This document shows, piece after piece, positions 10,097 to 19,033 of a stretch of 57,547 bases of DNA. The DNA lies in IMG/VR virus record IMGVR_UViG_3300045988_027578, one strand, 5' to 3'. The notes under the pieces are model-generated. The model searched no databases and was not told where the DNA came from. It saw only the letters and a program-made list of their open reading frames with translations. Position 1 is the first letter of the stretch. Each line of letters opens with the position of its first letter. Source of the DNA: a virus. A program made the position numbers and the translations under genes.

Positions 10097-10849
10097 ATGG
10101 CAGGCAATTTTATTAAAATTGACAGAAAGATTTTAAAGTGGGAATGGTGGAGCGATATTAATACATTCAGACTTTTTATGTATATGTTGATAAGTGCCTA
10201 TTGGAAAGACGGAAATTATAAAGGCAAGATAATTGAAAGAGGGTCTTTCCCCTCTTCGATATCTGAATTATCAAAAGAAACTAATTTGTCTGTAATGGAA
10301 ATTCGTACCTCGCTAAAACACTTACAATTAACAGGCGAAATAACAAGCAAATCAACAAACAAATTCACGATATTTACTGTGGTTAACTACAATTTGTATC
10401 AAACGGATAACAAGCAAGATAACAAACAAATAACAAGCAACTTAACAAACAATCAACAAACAGATAACATTCTATTAACAAACTCTATATTAAAAGAAAG
10501 TAAGAATGAAAGAACGGAAGAAATTAAAAAAGACAAGAATATAGAAAAAGATATTACTAACGTAATATCCAAAAAGAAAAGCTATTATCCCAATGATGAA
10601 TTGCTTGATGAAGCATTCAACGAATATCTGACAATGCGTAAGAGAATTAAGAAGCCTATATACACCGACAAGGCATTGCATAGGGCTATGAATACTCTTG
10701 AAAAGTTGTCTGGTGGAGATAATGACTTGGCTATTAAAATTCTTAATCAATCAGTAGACCATTGCTGGCAAGGACTGTTTGAGTTGAAAAGTGACAGCAA
10801 GCAAGATGGGCAGGGATTTGGGAATGGCATTGATTGGAGTAAAGTGTAA
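10097..10849 (+). CDS. replisome organizer / DnaD-like replication initiation protein
   Basis: N-terminus FIKIDRKILKWEWW...LFMYML plus wHTH. C-terminus ...ILNQSVDHCWQGLFE is typical of phage replication organizers. ATG 10097 follows GAAGAGG. Confidence 0.6.
   Translation: MAGNFIKIDRKILKWEWWSDINTFRLFMYMLISAYWKDGNYKGKIIERGSFPSSISELSKETNLSVMEIRTSLKHLQLTGEITSKSTNKFTIFTVVNYNLYQTDNKQDNKQITSNLTNNQQTDNILLTNSILKESKNERTEEIKKDKNIEKDITNVISKKKSYYPNDELLDEAFNEYLTMRKRIKKPIYTDKALHRAMNTLEKLSGGDNDLAIKILNQSVDHCWQGLFELKSDSKQDGQGFGNGIDWSKV
10406..10490 (+). repeat. 12-bp periodic (A/T)TAACAA(G/A)CAA iteron-like repeats inside the organizer gene (candidate ori)
   Basis: GATAACAAGCAA GATAACAAACAA ATAACAAGCAAC TTAACAAACAAT CAACAAACAGAT AACA... 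Confidence 0.45.
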
Positions 10850-10862
10850 AGGAGCGTAAAGA

Positions 10863-11135
10863 ATGAGATTGATTGATGCAGACAATCTGAATTTTGAAGG
10901 GCAAAAGTACAACAAAAGCCAGATGAAAGCAATTCTTGATTTTGCGGATGCGCAGCCGACCGCCTACGATGTAGACAAGGCTGTGAAGAGATTGAGAAAA
11001 GAATTAAAATTAGCAAATAAAGAAAAGCAAAGGTGCGCAAAAGAAAATATCTGTCAGTTTGATGAAGTGAAAGGATATGTTAGGGCTATTGATGTTGCAA
11101 TTGATATTGTAAAGGCAGGTGGCAAGAATGAGTAG
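10863..11135 (+). CDS. hypothetical protein
   Basis: RBS AAAGGAG. Confidence 0.55.
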   Translation: MRLIDADNLNFEGQKYNKSQMKAILDFADAQPTAYDVDKAVKRLRKELKLANKEKQRCAKENICQFDEVKGYVRAIDVAIDIVKAGGKNE

Positions 11136-11307
11136 AGTAGATGATACGCTTAACAAAATAAATTTTAGAAGTGATTATCCGTACAACGGAAAGGTTGAAT
11201 CGCTCTTAAAAACAATTGCAATTAATAGTGCTATTATATGTGACAAGTTAGACGCTATATCGAATCAATTAAAAGGGAGCAGCAATGACAAGAGAAGAAA
11301 CAGTTAA
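11128..11307 (+). CDS. hypothetical protein
   Basis: ATG 11128 after GGCAGGTGG; ORF-track 11119..11307. Confidence 0.5.
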   Translation: MSRVDDTLNKINFRSDYPYNGKVESLLKTIAINSAIICDKLDAISNQLKGSSNDKRRNS

Positions 11308-11947
11308 AATTATCCGCATTATGTGTGATTGCTACCCAAACTACAAGCCTAACAACCTATCAGAGACAGTAGATGTGTGGAATATGATGTTGGAAAATTA
11401 CAGTTATGAACAAGTGTCAGTCGCACTTAAAGCATACATCAACTCTGATATAAGCGGATTTGCCCCAAGTATAGGACAGTTAATAGGCAAGATACAGACT
11501 ATATCACAGCCGCAGGAGCTTGACGGAATGGCAGCTTGGGGGTTGGTTAGCAAGGCTTTAAGGAATGGTACTTATGGGGCAGTTGAAGAATTTAATAAAC
11601 TACCGCCACTTGTCAGACAAGCGGTTGGTATGCCAGACAACCTCAAAAACTGGGCGACAGCAGACTATCAGACAATAGAAACAGTAATACAATCAAATTT
11701 TCTAAGAACTTATGAAGTAGTTGTTAAGCGTGCGAATGAAATAAATCGTATGCCGGACAATATCAAATCGCTTATCGAAAAGACGAATGCAAATTCGTAT
11801 AAGGCTCAAATCGAGCAAAAATTCCAAAGAGATATAAATACACTACCAACTAAAGAAAATGCCCTTACTGGTCAGAACATAAACGCAGAGAACTATATTG
11901 AAGCACCTCAAGATATACAAGATAGAATTAACAGAATGAGAGGTTGA
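11285..11947 (+). CDS. G39P-like replicative helicase loader
   Basis: EETVKIIRIMCDCYPNYKP...VDVWNMML.NYSYEQV...FAPSIGQLI matches the G39P N-domain pattern. Confidence 0.65.
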   Translation: MTREETVKIIRIMCDCYPNYKPNNLSETVDVWNMMLENYSYEQVSVALKAYINSDISGFAPSIGQLIGKIQTISQPQELDGMAAWGLVSKALRNGTYGAVEEFNKLPPLVRQAVGMPDNLKNWATADYQTIETVIQSNFLRTYEVVVKRANEINRMPDNIKSLIEKTNANSYKAQIEQKFQRDINTLPTKENALTGQNINAENYIEAPQDIQDRINRMRG

Positions 11948-12621
11948 TTTTAGTGGAAACAACGCCAATTAGTCCACAGATGAGAATGTACTATAAGCGG
12001 AAAGAGGCAGGATTATGCGTTGAATGTGGTAAGCCACTTAATGGAGAAAAACTTAAATGCAGAGATTGCCGAGAAAGAATTAATGCAAACAGAAAAGAAC
12101 TTGCACACTGGTATCAAGATAATGGCATATGCCCTGAATGTCGGCATAATAACCTTATGGGGGACGAAAGGGTTTGTCCTGAATGTTCTGCAAAAAGATA
12201 TTCTCAGAGGATTGCTAGGTATAATGCTAATCCCGAAGAGTTCGAGGCAAGAGATAGGCTTGAACAGAAGAAAATCAGAACAAGACGAGCTGAAAAAGGG
12301 TTATGCGTGAAATGTGGCAAAGTTAAGGCAGATAGTAAATATAAAACTTGTACAAAATGCCGTATTAAAGCAAGAAATGCAAAACGCAATAAGCAAAAAG
12401 ATTGTAAGGTTGAGCTAAAAAGAGAATGGGTTGCCAATGGCAGATGCTGGTTTTGCGGTGAGCCGGTTTATAATCATTCAAAATTATGCAAAGAGCATTA
12501 CATTAAGTCTTTAGTTTATGTAAAGAAAAGCAAGGAAGCGAGGATAAAAAATGAGCAAGCCAGAACAACGAAGATTTCAAGAACAAATGATGAGAGTTCA
12601 ATTAAGCAGGCAGAAGAATAA
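11944..12621 (+). CDS. multi-zinc-ribbon protein (reiterated CxxC...CxxC modules)
   Basis: GLCVECGK..KCRDCR, ICPECR..CPEC, GLCVKCGK..CTKCR, CWFCG..CKEH. Confidence 0.6.
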   Translation: MILVETTPISPQMRMYYKRKEAGLCVECGKPLNGEKLKCRDCRERINANRKELAHWYQDNGICPECRHNNLMGDERVCPECSAKRYSQRIARYNANPEEFEARDRLEQKKIRTRRAEKGLCVKCGKVKADSKYKTCTKCRIKARNAKRNKQKDCKVELKREWVANGRCWFCGEPVYNHSKLCKEHYIKSLVYVKKSKEARIKNEQARTTKISRTNDESSIKQAEE

Positions 12622-12823
12622 AGAAAATAAAGAAATGTTTGGTAATGCCTTAACGATTCTGTTATGGGTGTTGCACGATAAATTTGGATTCGGTAATAAG
12701 CGATTGGAGCGGCTTATTGACGAAATCAATAAATTTAACGAAGATTTCAATGCAGGGCTTATAGATCCAAAAGAGCTTATTGAACAGTTGGAAGAAGAAA
12801 CGAAAATCAAAATTAAATATTAA
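12551..12823 (+). CDS. hypothetical protein (start uncertain; alternative ATG 12635)
   Basis: AGGA RBS before 12551, but that start overlaps the previous ORF by 71 nt. Confidence 0.45.
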   Translation: MSKPEQRRFQEQMMRVQLSRQKNKENKEMFGNALTILLWVLHDKFGFGNKRLERLIDEINKFNEDFNAGLIDPKELIEQLEEETKIKIKY

Positions 12824-12836
12824 GGAGTATGGCTTT

Positions 12837-13049
12837 ATGAAATTTTCAGATTTTACAAAGCCAGAACTTGAAAAAATAATTGAAAATGCCAATTTTACCG
12901 AGGAAGAAGTGAGAATATTTATGCTTCTTTCTCGGAATTTTGCACAAAAGGAGATAGCGCACAGATTGTCAATGTCTACAAGAACGTTAGAAAGACGGGT
13001 GAGGAATATTAAGAATAAGATTGAGAGGGTGGTAAATGAGTGGAACTAA
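12837..13049 (+). CDS. sigma-70 region-4 / LuxR-type HTH protein
   Basis: FTEEEVRIFMLLSRNFAQKEIAHRLSMSTRTLERRVRNIKNKI; ATG 12837 after AGGAG. Confidence 0.6.
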   Translation: MKFSDFTKPELEKIIENANFTEEEVRIFMLLSRNFAQKEIAHRLSMSTRTLERRVRNIKNKIERVVNEWN

Positions 13050-14287
13050 CAGACAAGGAATTGTTGAATTATGTACTAGAGAATGGTATTATCTCTCGTG
13101 ACGATGTTCAAAAACAAATTGAAATGAACGAAAGGAAAAAATATTTAAAAGCACACAATAATGAAATCTGGCAAGGAAAGGATAAGAAGTGGTATACATA
13201 CTTGCCAGACGAAAGCACATCAAGCGGCAGAAAGCTGCTAAAGCGTTCAACGCAAGAGTCTCTTGAAGATGGAATTGTGGAACACTACAAGAAACTTGCT
13301 AATGAACCTTTAGTTAAGACTGTATTCAAGGAATGGGTAGACCAAAAACTTGAATATCATGAAATTAAGAAGCAATCATATGATAAGTATAATGATAACT
13401 TTGCCAGATTTTTCACTAATGAAGCATATCACATGGCAGATAAGAAAATCAAGTACATTACAGAAGATGACTTAGAATGCTTTATTAAGACTGTTATTGC
13501 CGAATGTAAGCTTACACATAAGGCATATTCTGATATGCGAATCCTTATTAATGGCATTTTTAAATATGCCAAGAAAAAGGGGTATACTAATCTAAGTATC
13601 ACACAATTTATGGGAGACTTGGATTTATCACGCAGAGCTTTTACTAAAAATGTGAAAAAGAAAGACGAACAGGTGTATTTTGAGGATGAAATTCCAAGAA
13701 TCACAGAATATCTATGGCAACGATATGATATAAGGAGCCTGGGATTATTACTTATGTTTGAGTGTGGAATGAGAGCTGGCGAGTTATCATCACTTAAGTT
13801 TTCTGATATTCACAACACTGTACTGAAAGATGGAACTATTAAGCATTATATTTCTATACAAAGAACAGAAATTAAGGTCAGAGATGAAAATGGGAAATGG
13901 GCTAAGATAGTAAGCGACTATCCTAAATCTGACGCAGGATTAAGAGATATAATTATTCCAGATAAAGCTGTAAATACTGTTAAGGCAATTCGCAGATTAA
14001 ATCCTTTTGGAACTTATATGTTTGAAGAAAAGGGAGAACGTATAAAAGAACAAGCATTTAACAGAAAGTTGCATAAGATATGCAGGGCACTAGACATTAA
14101 TTATCGTTCCACGCACAAAGTCCGCCGGGCATACAGTGTTGCATTGTATGATAATTGCGTGAGCGACACTGTTATAACAGAAATGATGGGGCATACAAGC
14201 ATTGAGACAACAAGAAAATATTACATTTACAGTAATAAGACTGATAGAACTAAGATTGAGCAAGTTAATAATGCTATCAATTATTAG
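13040..14287 (+). CDS. int: tyrosine recombinase / phage integrase
   Basis: Catalytic pattern ...GMRAGELSSLKFSDI...HKVRRAY...MGHTSIETTRKYY. Confidence 0.9.
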   Translation: MELTDKELLNYVLENGIISRDDVQKQIEMNERKKYLKAHNNEIWQGKDKKWYTYLPDESTSSGRKLLKRSTQESLEDGIVEHYKKLANEPLVKTVFKEWVDQKLEYHEIKKQSYDKYNDNFARFFTNEAYHMADKKIKYITEDDLECFIKTVIAECKLTHKAYSDMRILINGIFKYAKKKGYTNLSITQFMGDLDLSRRAFTKNVKKKDEQVYFEDEIPRITEYLWQRYDIRSLGLLLMFECGMRAGELSSLKFSDIHNTVLKDGTIKHYISIQRTEIKVRDENGKWAKIVSDYPKSDAGLRDIIIPDKAVNTVKAIRRLNPFGTYMFEEKGERIKEQAFNRKLHKICRALDINYRSTHKVRRAYSVALYDNCVSDTVITEMMGHTSIETTRKYYIYSNKTDRTKIEQVNNAINY

Positions 14288-14292
14288 GATTT

Positions 14293-14509
14293 TGATTACA
14301 AAGTAATCAAAGTAATCAAGGCACAAAGCCAGAAACCCAGTAATAGAGCGGAATAAGGGAGCAGTCAATGCAGTTCGATTCTCTCATCCCCTGCTATTTT
14401 TTCAAGGAGAAGAAACACTGCAAACCCGCATAAACACTGAATGAAAGGAGATTTTTTGAACATCGTCTTTTTGCAGGAAAATAAAGAGGTAATCAAGAAA
14501 GTAATCATA
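14293..14509. other. attP-like region: GTAATCA arm-type repeats flanking a tRNA-3'-end-like core
   Basis: GTAATCA at 14303, 14312, 14490, 14501, and inverted at 14293-14299. Core candidate GTTCGATTCTCTCATCCCCTGCTA at 14373-14396. Confidence 0.4.
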
Positions 14510-14520
14510 GAAGTTTAGCA

Positions 14521-14546
14521 AACGCCGTAATGGCGTTATTTTTTTG
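14521..14546 (+). terminator. rho-independent terminator
   Basis: AACGCC-gtaat-GGCGTT followed by ATTTTTTTG. Confidence 0.75.
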
Positions 14547-14634
14547 CTTATTTTTGGCGGATAACTGTCGGAAACATGACGGTTAATCCGTCTTTTTTTG
14601 TGTAAAAATTAAGTCAGAAAGAGAGGTAATGTGC

Positions 14635-14793
14635 ATGTTTTCAGACGAAGTTAGAGAAAAAATCTTGTGCAAAGAAGAATTGCAGAAACTTGACTTAGTA
14701 ACATTATCTCTTGTTATCCACGCAATTGAAGAAGTCTTGGAGGAGGTAGAAGATGATAAACAATCCTTATCAGACAACACCTATGATGAATAA
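14635..14793 (+). CDS. possible small ORF (52 aa)
   Basis: Hand-translated MFSDEVREKILCKEELQKLD...; RBS AGAGAGG; overlaps the next ORF by 41 nt. Confidence 0.3.
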   Translation: MFSDEVREKILCKEELQKLDLVTLSLVIHAIEEVLEEVEDDKQSLSDNTYDE

Positions 14794-15301
14794 TAATTAT
14801 ATGCCTATGCAGAATCCATATGCGGATAGAATGAACTTTTTGCAAAGTTATCAGCAGAGTTTACAACAGCCAGTGGCAGGGACACAAATGTCCTTAGCAA
14901 ATCAACAACCTATGCCGCAGCAGATAGCAGGCATTAATGGAAGAATAGTACAGGCAGTTGAAAATATTAACGCTAATGAAGTACCTATGGATGGCAGTAT
15001 GGCTTTTTTCCCGAAACAGGATATGTCGGAGATTTATGTCAAGGGTTGGAATGCCGACGGAACAATTAGAACGATTGTGTATAAGCCTTATACAGACCCT
15101 AAAGATAATCAGACAGTAAATTCTATGGCTAATGCAGAAAACGCTAAATTTACCCTGTCAGACGAAAGCACACAGCTATTTCTGAATAAGTTTGAAGAGT
15201 TATCAGAGAAAATAGGACAGTTGGAAGATAGATTTGATAAATCTTTAGGAACGCAAAGAAAAACTTCAAGAACTCAAAGTAAAGGCGGTGATGAAGAATG
15301 A
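14753..15301 (+). CDS. protein with a Q/N/M/P-rich N-terminus
   Basis: Strong RBS GGAGGAGG. The first ~60 aa are almost entirely Q, N, M and P. Confidence 0.7.
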   Translation: MINNPYQTTPMMNNNYMPMQNPYADRMNFLQSYQQSLQQPVAGTQMSLANQQPMPQQIAGINGRIVQAVENINANEVPMDGSMAFFPKQDMSEIYVKGWNADGTIRTIVYKPYTDPKDNQTVNSMANAENAKFTLSDESTQLFLNKFEELSEKIGQLEDRFDKSLGTQRKTSRTQSKGGDEE

Positions 15302-15528
15302 ACCCAATTAACATTTTTCGGATGATGAAAGCTGGTCCGCAACAGTTCATACAGCAGATGATGGGAAATAATCAGATGATGAGTAATCCTATGCTGAAGA
15401 ACACTATGCAGATGGCACAACAGGGCAATATGCAAGGCATAGAACAGATGGCTAGGAATTTATGCAAGGAAAAAGGGTTAAATGCAGATGATGTATTTAA
15501 TCAGATAAAAAGCAGATTTGGTAATTAG
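15298..15528 (+). CDS. small Q/M/N-rich protein
   Basis: ATGA overlap with the previous stop. Confidence 0.6.
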   Translation: MNPINIFRMMKAGPQQFIQQMMGNNQMMSNPMLKNTMQMAQQGNMQGIEQMARNLCKEKGLNADDVFNQIKSRFGN

Positions 15529-15598
15529 TAGCATATTAGATGTCTTTGCAAACTACCTAGGTGACATCTTTATGAATATATTTTTAGGAGGTAACAAT

Positions 15599-16387
15599 AT
15601 GTTTTCAAACTCAAATTGTGCCAGCGTACCATTAGTCGCAAACATTGACGGCAACGGCAATAACGGCGGATGGGCTGACGGCGGATGGCTTTGGATAATT
15701 GTCGTATTTGCTTTGCTCTTTGGATGGGGTAATGGTGGATTTGGCGGTTTTGGTGGCAACAATGGCGGTGGCTATGTTGCGACAGCGGCTACACAGGCTG
15801 ATATTCAGAGAGGATTTGATAATTCCGCAGTTATCAGCAAGTTAGATGGCATTTCCAACGGACTTTGTGATGGCTTCTATGCTATGAACAACAGTATGCT
15901 TACCGGCTTTAATGGTATTAACACAAATATCATGCAGACCGGCTATGGCATTCAGCAGGCTATTAACGCTGATACAGTCGCTAATATGCAGAATACCAAC
16001 GCTTTACAGGCGCAGCTTGCTAACTGTTGCTGCGAGACAAGGGAAGCCATTCAGGGTGTAAACTACAACATGGCAACTAACACTTGCGCTTTGCAGAATA
16101 CAATGAACAATAATACAAGAGATATTATTGACAGCCAGCAGGCAGGAACAAGAGCTATCCTTGATTTCTTAACAAATGATAAGATAGCAACACTTACAGC
16201 AGAGAACAACGATTTACGCAGAGCCGCATCGCAGGATAGACAGAATGCACTTCTGACTACTGCAATGTCAGCACAGACAAATCAGATTATAAATGCTGTA
16301 AATCCTGCAGCTATTCCAGCTTATGTTGTGCCTAATCCTAATGCTTATGCTTATGGCTGTGGTTGCAATACAGGCTGTGGCTGCTAA
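15599..16387 (+). CDS. Gly/Asn-rich membrane-anchored protein with a Cys-rich C-terminus
   Basis: ATG 15599 after TAGGAGG. TM segment WLWIIVVFALLFGW, Gly run GNGGFGGFGGNNGGG, internal NCCCE, C-terminus GCGCNTGCGC. Confidence 0.7.
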   Translation: MFSNSNCASVPLVANIDGNGNNGGWADGGWLWIIVVFALLFGWGNGGFGGFGGNNGGGYVATAATQADIQRGFDNSAVISKLDGISNGLCDGFYAMNNSMLTGFNGINTNIMQTGYGIQQAINADTVANMQNTNALQAQLANCCCETREAIQGVNYNMATNTCALQNTMNNNTRDIIDSQQAGTRAILDFLTNDKIATLTAENNDLRRAASQDRQNALLTTAMSAQTNQIINAVNPAAIPAYVVPNPNAYAYGCGCNTGCGC

Positions 16388-16460
16388 AACTAAATAATTG
16401 AGTATCTTGATTGAGTTTAACTCGATTATGTCTGCTATGCAGTATTACTTGCAAACACAA

Positions 16461-16492
16461 AGGGCAGACTATAATGTCTGCCCTTATTTTTA
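16461..16492 (+). terminator. rho-independent terminator
   Basis: AGGGCAGAC-tataat-GTCTGCCCT followed by TATTTTTA. Confidence 0.8.
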
Positions 16493-16511
16493 TGAAAGAG
16501 AGGTAAAGATA

Positions 16512-16931
16512 ATGGAAATAACAGGAATTGCATTACAAACAGTTGCCGCCGGAGAAGATGTGGCATTTACAGAAACACCAGTATGCGGAACTAAATGTAT
16601 AGTCCACAGACAAGGAAGCGGAATTATCAAGTTAAGAGGTATTACAAATCAGTGCAAGGCTAGATTTTTAGTATCTTATAGTGGAAACATTCAGATCCCG
16701 ACAGGCGGTACAGTTGGAGCTATTTCACTTGCCATTGCAGTAGATGGAGAGCCTTTACAGTCAACACGAATGATTGTTACACCAGCCGCAGTTGAAAATT
16801 TATTTAATGTATCAGCACAGGCATATGTTGATGTACCTTGTGGCTGTTGCAGTACTGTAGCGGTGCAGAATACATCAGCACAGGCTATTGAAGTACAGAA
16901 CAGTAATTTGATTGCAGTAAGGGAGGCTTGA
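16512..16931 (+). CDS. all-beta protein resembling the BclA C-terminal (C1q/TNF-like) domain
   Basis: ATG 16512 after GAGAGG. The pattern of short alternating beta segments ending ...VQNSNLIAV recalls the exosporium BclA CTD (from memory, unverified). Confidence 0.4.
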   Translation: MEITGIALQTVAAGEDVAFTETPVCGTKCIVHRQGSGIIKLRGITNQCKARFLVSYSGNIQIPTGGTVGAISLAIAVDGEPLQSTRMIVTPAAVENLFNVSAQAYVDVPCGCCSTVAVQNTSAQAIEVQNSNLIAVREA

Positions 16932-16935
16932 TATT

Positions 16936-17550
16936 ATGCATAAATGGGCTAAACAGATTATGGAATGTGTCAAGGCTAAAGTTGACGGAATTGGAATTGA
17001 CAATTTTGAAGGACAAAACCTTGACGATTTAAAGGACTTTACAGAAATAGCGAAGAACATAGCTTGTTTTGACAAAGATTACAGAATTGTTGAAGCTATG
17101 GAAAAGTCAGAAGATAACGAAGACATTATGCGTATGCTTGAACAGTACGAAGATTATCCAGACAGAAGATACTACGACCACTACCGCTATGCAAATGGCA
17201 GATTTGCCCCAAAAGGCAAAGGAACATACCGCAGAGGATATGAAGAACCGCCTTATATGCACATGTACCCAGAAGCAGAGCATATGAGGGATATGGATAG
17301 GGATTATGGCAAGATGTACTATACAGAGCCAATGAACGAAAGCGGCTATGACAGAGCAAAGAGAAATTATACAGAAACTAAGGAAATGCACAAGAATAAC
17401 ACGCCAGAAGATAAGGAGCACAAGATGAAGTCACTTGACAGCTATACTAAGGAACTTGCAAGCGATATTACAGGTATGGTGGCTGATATGTCGGCAGAAG
17501 AGAAGAACTTGCTTAGAACAAAGTTAAGCACTCTTGTATCTAAGATATGA
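16936..17550 (+). CDS. Tyr/Arg/Asp/Met-rich protein
   Basis: RBS AGGGAGG; YEDYPDRRYYDHYRYANGRF...YRRGYEEPPYMHMYPE. Confidence 0.65.
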   Translation: MHKWAKQIMECVKAKVDGIGIDNFEGQNLDDLKDFTEIAKNIACFDKDYRIVEAMEKSEDNEDIMRMLEQYEDYPDRRYYDHYRYANGRFAPKGKGTYRRGYEEPPYMHMYPEAEHMRDMDRDYGKMYYTEPMNESGYDRAKRNYTETKEMHKNNTPEDKEHKMKSLDSYTKELASDITGMVADMSAEEKNLLRTKLSTLVSKI

Positions 17551-17557
17551 TTTTAAG

Positions 17558-17592
17558 GGCTATGAGTAGCAATATTCATAGCCTGTTTTATT
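17558..17592 (+). terminator. rho-independent terminator
   Basis: GGCTATG-12 nt-CATAGCC followed by TGTTTTATT. Confidence 0.7.
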
Positions 17593-17609
17593 CAGAAAGG
17601 AGCATACAG

Positions 17610-17933
17610 ATGATTTTTAGCATTAATGGCACAATGTGGCAAGTGCAATATAAAAATTCAAATTCGGGTGAATTAAAGCGGTCAGACGGCACAATCAGCT
17701 TAGGTGTAACTGATAGAAATACACACACAATTTATCTGTCAAATGCCTTGCGTGGATTCATGCAACGCAAAGTGCTTATACACGAAGTATGCCACGCAAT
17801 CTGTATGTCCTATGATGTGTATTTGCCGATTGAGCAGGAAGAAATATTGTGTGATTTTGTGGCAACTTATGGCGATGAAGTATTTGACATTGTTGATATG
17901 GTTTTAGGAGCAGTTAGGAGGATAGCAATATGA
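17610..17933 (+). CDS. HExxH metallopeptidase-like protein (ImmA/IrrE-like)
   Basis: ATG 17610 after AAAGGAG; VLIHEVCHAI motif. Confidence 0.45.
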   Translation: MIFSINGTMWQVQYKNSNSGELKRSDGTISLGVTDRNTHTIYLSNALRGFMQRKVLIHEVCHAICMSYDVYLPIEQEEILCDFVATYGDEVFDIVDMVLGAVRRIAI

Positions 17934-18076
17934 CGATTGATAAGTTGTTGGAAATAATTCAAAGGACTAATCCGACTATGACTAAGGAATTATTGATATA
18001 TGAGCTTAGTCAATGCCGGTATTCAAGTAAGGCATTGATTTATACAGAAAAATGTTGCCAAAAAATTTCGAGGTAA
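17930..18076 (+). CDS. small ORF (48 aa) translationally coupled to the HExxH gene
   Basis: ATGA overlap at 17930-17933; hand-translated MTIDKLLEIIQRTNPT... Confidence 0.4.
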   Translation: MTIDKLLEIIQRTNPTMTKELLIYELSQCRYSSKALIYTEKCCQKISR

Positions 18077-18473
18077 CGCATTCGATACGCCCCCAGGTAT
18101 GGCATTTTATATTCGCAATTTCGATTTTGACAATTTTCAAAATCCGTTTCGAATTTCGTTCAAATCCTACTTAAAAAATTGAAAAAATTTTTTAAAAATT
18201 TTAAATGCGCCGTTTCAAATACCCCCGTCATATGCAATTTTTTATTCAAAAATCCGTGAAAAACTTTTCCCAAAATTCGACCTCAATTTTGTTCAGATTT
18301 GCCCTTGAAAATTGATGAAAAACTTTAGCATGGTAAAGCACTATATATAGACTTGACCGGTTGCAGTTCGTGCTTGTTTTGACTTTGTGACTTTGTGATT
18401 TGCTCTGTACGGCGGTTTCGTTGCGCCGATGTAGACTTATAAGCCTACGAAACAAAACAGCCTTAAAACGCTT

Positions 18474-18977
18474 TCAATTATAATATTCGAAGCTGTTAAA
18501 AACATAGCTTTTCTTGTTTGTCTTCCAGTCTGTGAAGCTGTACAATATATAATTCGTGCAATCATCTTCCGGCAGCTTTTTAACATTGCTAAACATGGCA
18601 CATAATATATTGTGTGCAAGCTGTGCGCGTTCTTTCTCCGTTGTTTGCCATTCTTCCACAATCTGCACATTTTTAACAAGCGGTTCACCGTCGTTACCTG
18701 TGCTTATCTGCTTAGCTTCGATAATATAACATTTATCTTTTATTCTAGCACAAAAAGAGCGTAAAAGCTCAATAGAATCAAGAACTGGTACATTGTTTTT
18801 AAAACCAAAGCAAGAAACGCCTTTTTCATATGCGCATTCTGGCACACATTCCAACGCTTCGTTGTATCCATATACATCAAATGCATATGTAAAGTTGTCG
18901 TTCTGGTCGTTTGTCATTTTTAGAAAATTGATAGATTTTTCATTTTTGGGGATTTCGCCAAATCTTAAAAAATACAT
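18474..18977 (-). CDS. hypothetical protein (167 aa)
   Basis: Start trimmed to MYFLRFGEIP. TATAAT boxes and RBS AAAGGTGG lie just upstream on the minus strand. Confidence 0.65.
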   Translation of the reverse strand: MYFLRFGEIPKNEKSINFLKMTNDQNDNFTYAFDVYGYNEALECVPECAYEKGVSCFGFKNNVPVLDSIELLRSFCARIKDKCYIIEAKQISTGNDGEPLVKNVQIVEEWQTTEKERAQLAHNILCAMFSNVKKLPEDDCTNYILYSFTDWKTNKKSYVFNSFEYYN

Positions 18978-19033
18978 AAAATGCCACCTTTCAAATATTA
19001 TAATATTATACCATATTATTATTAATATGGGAA

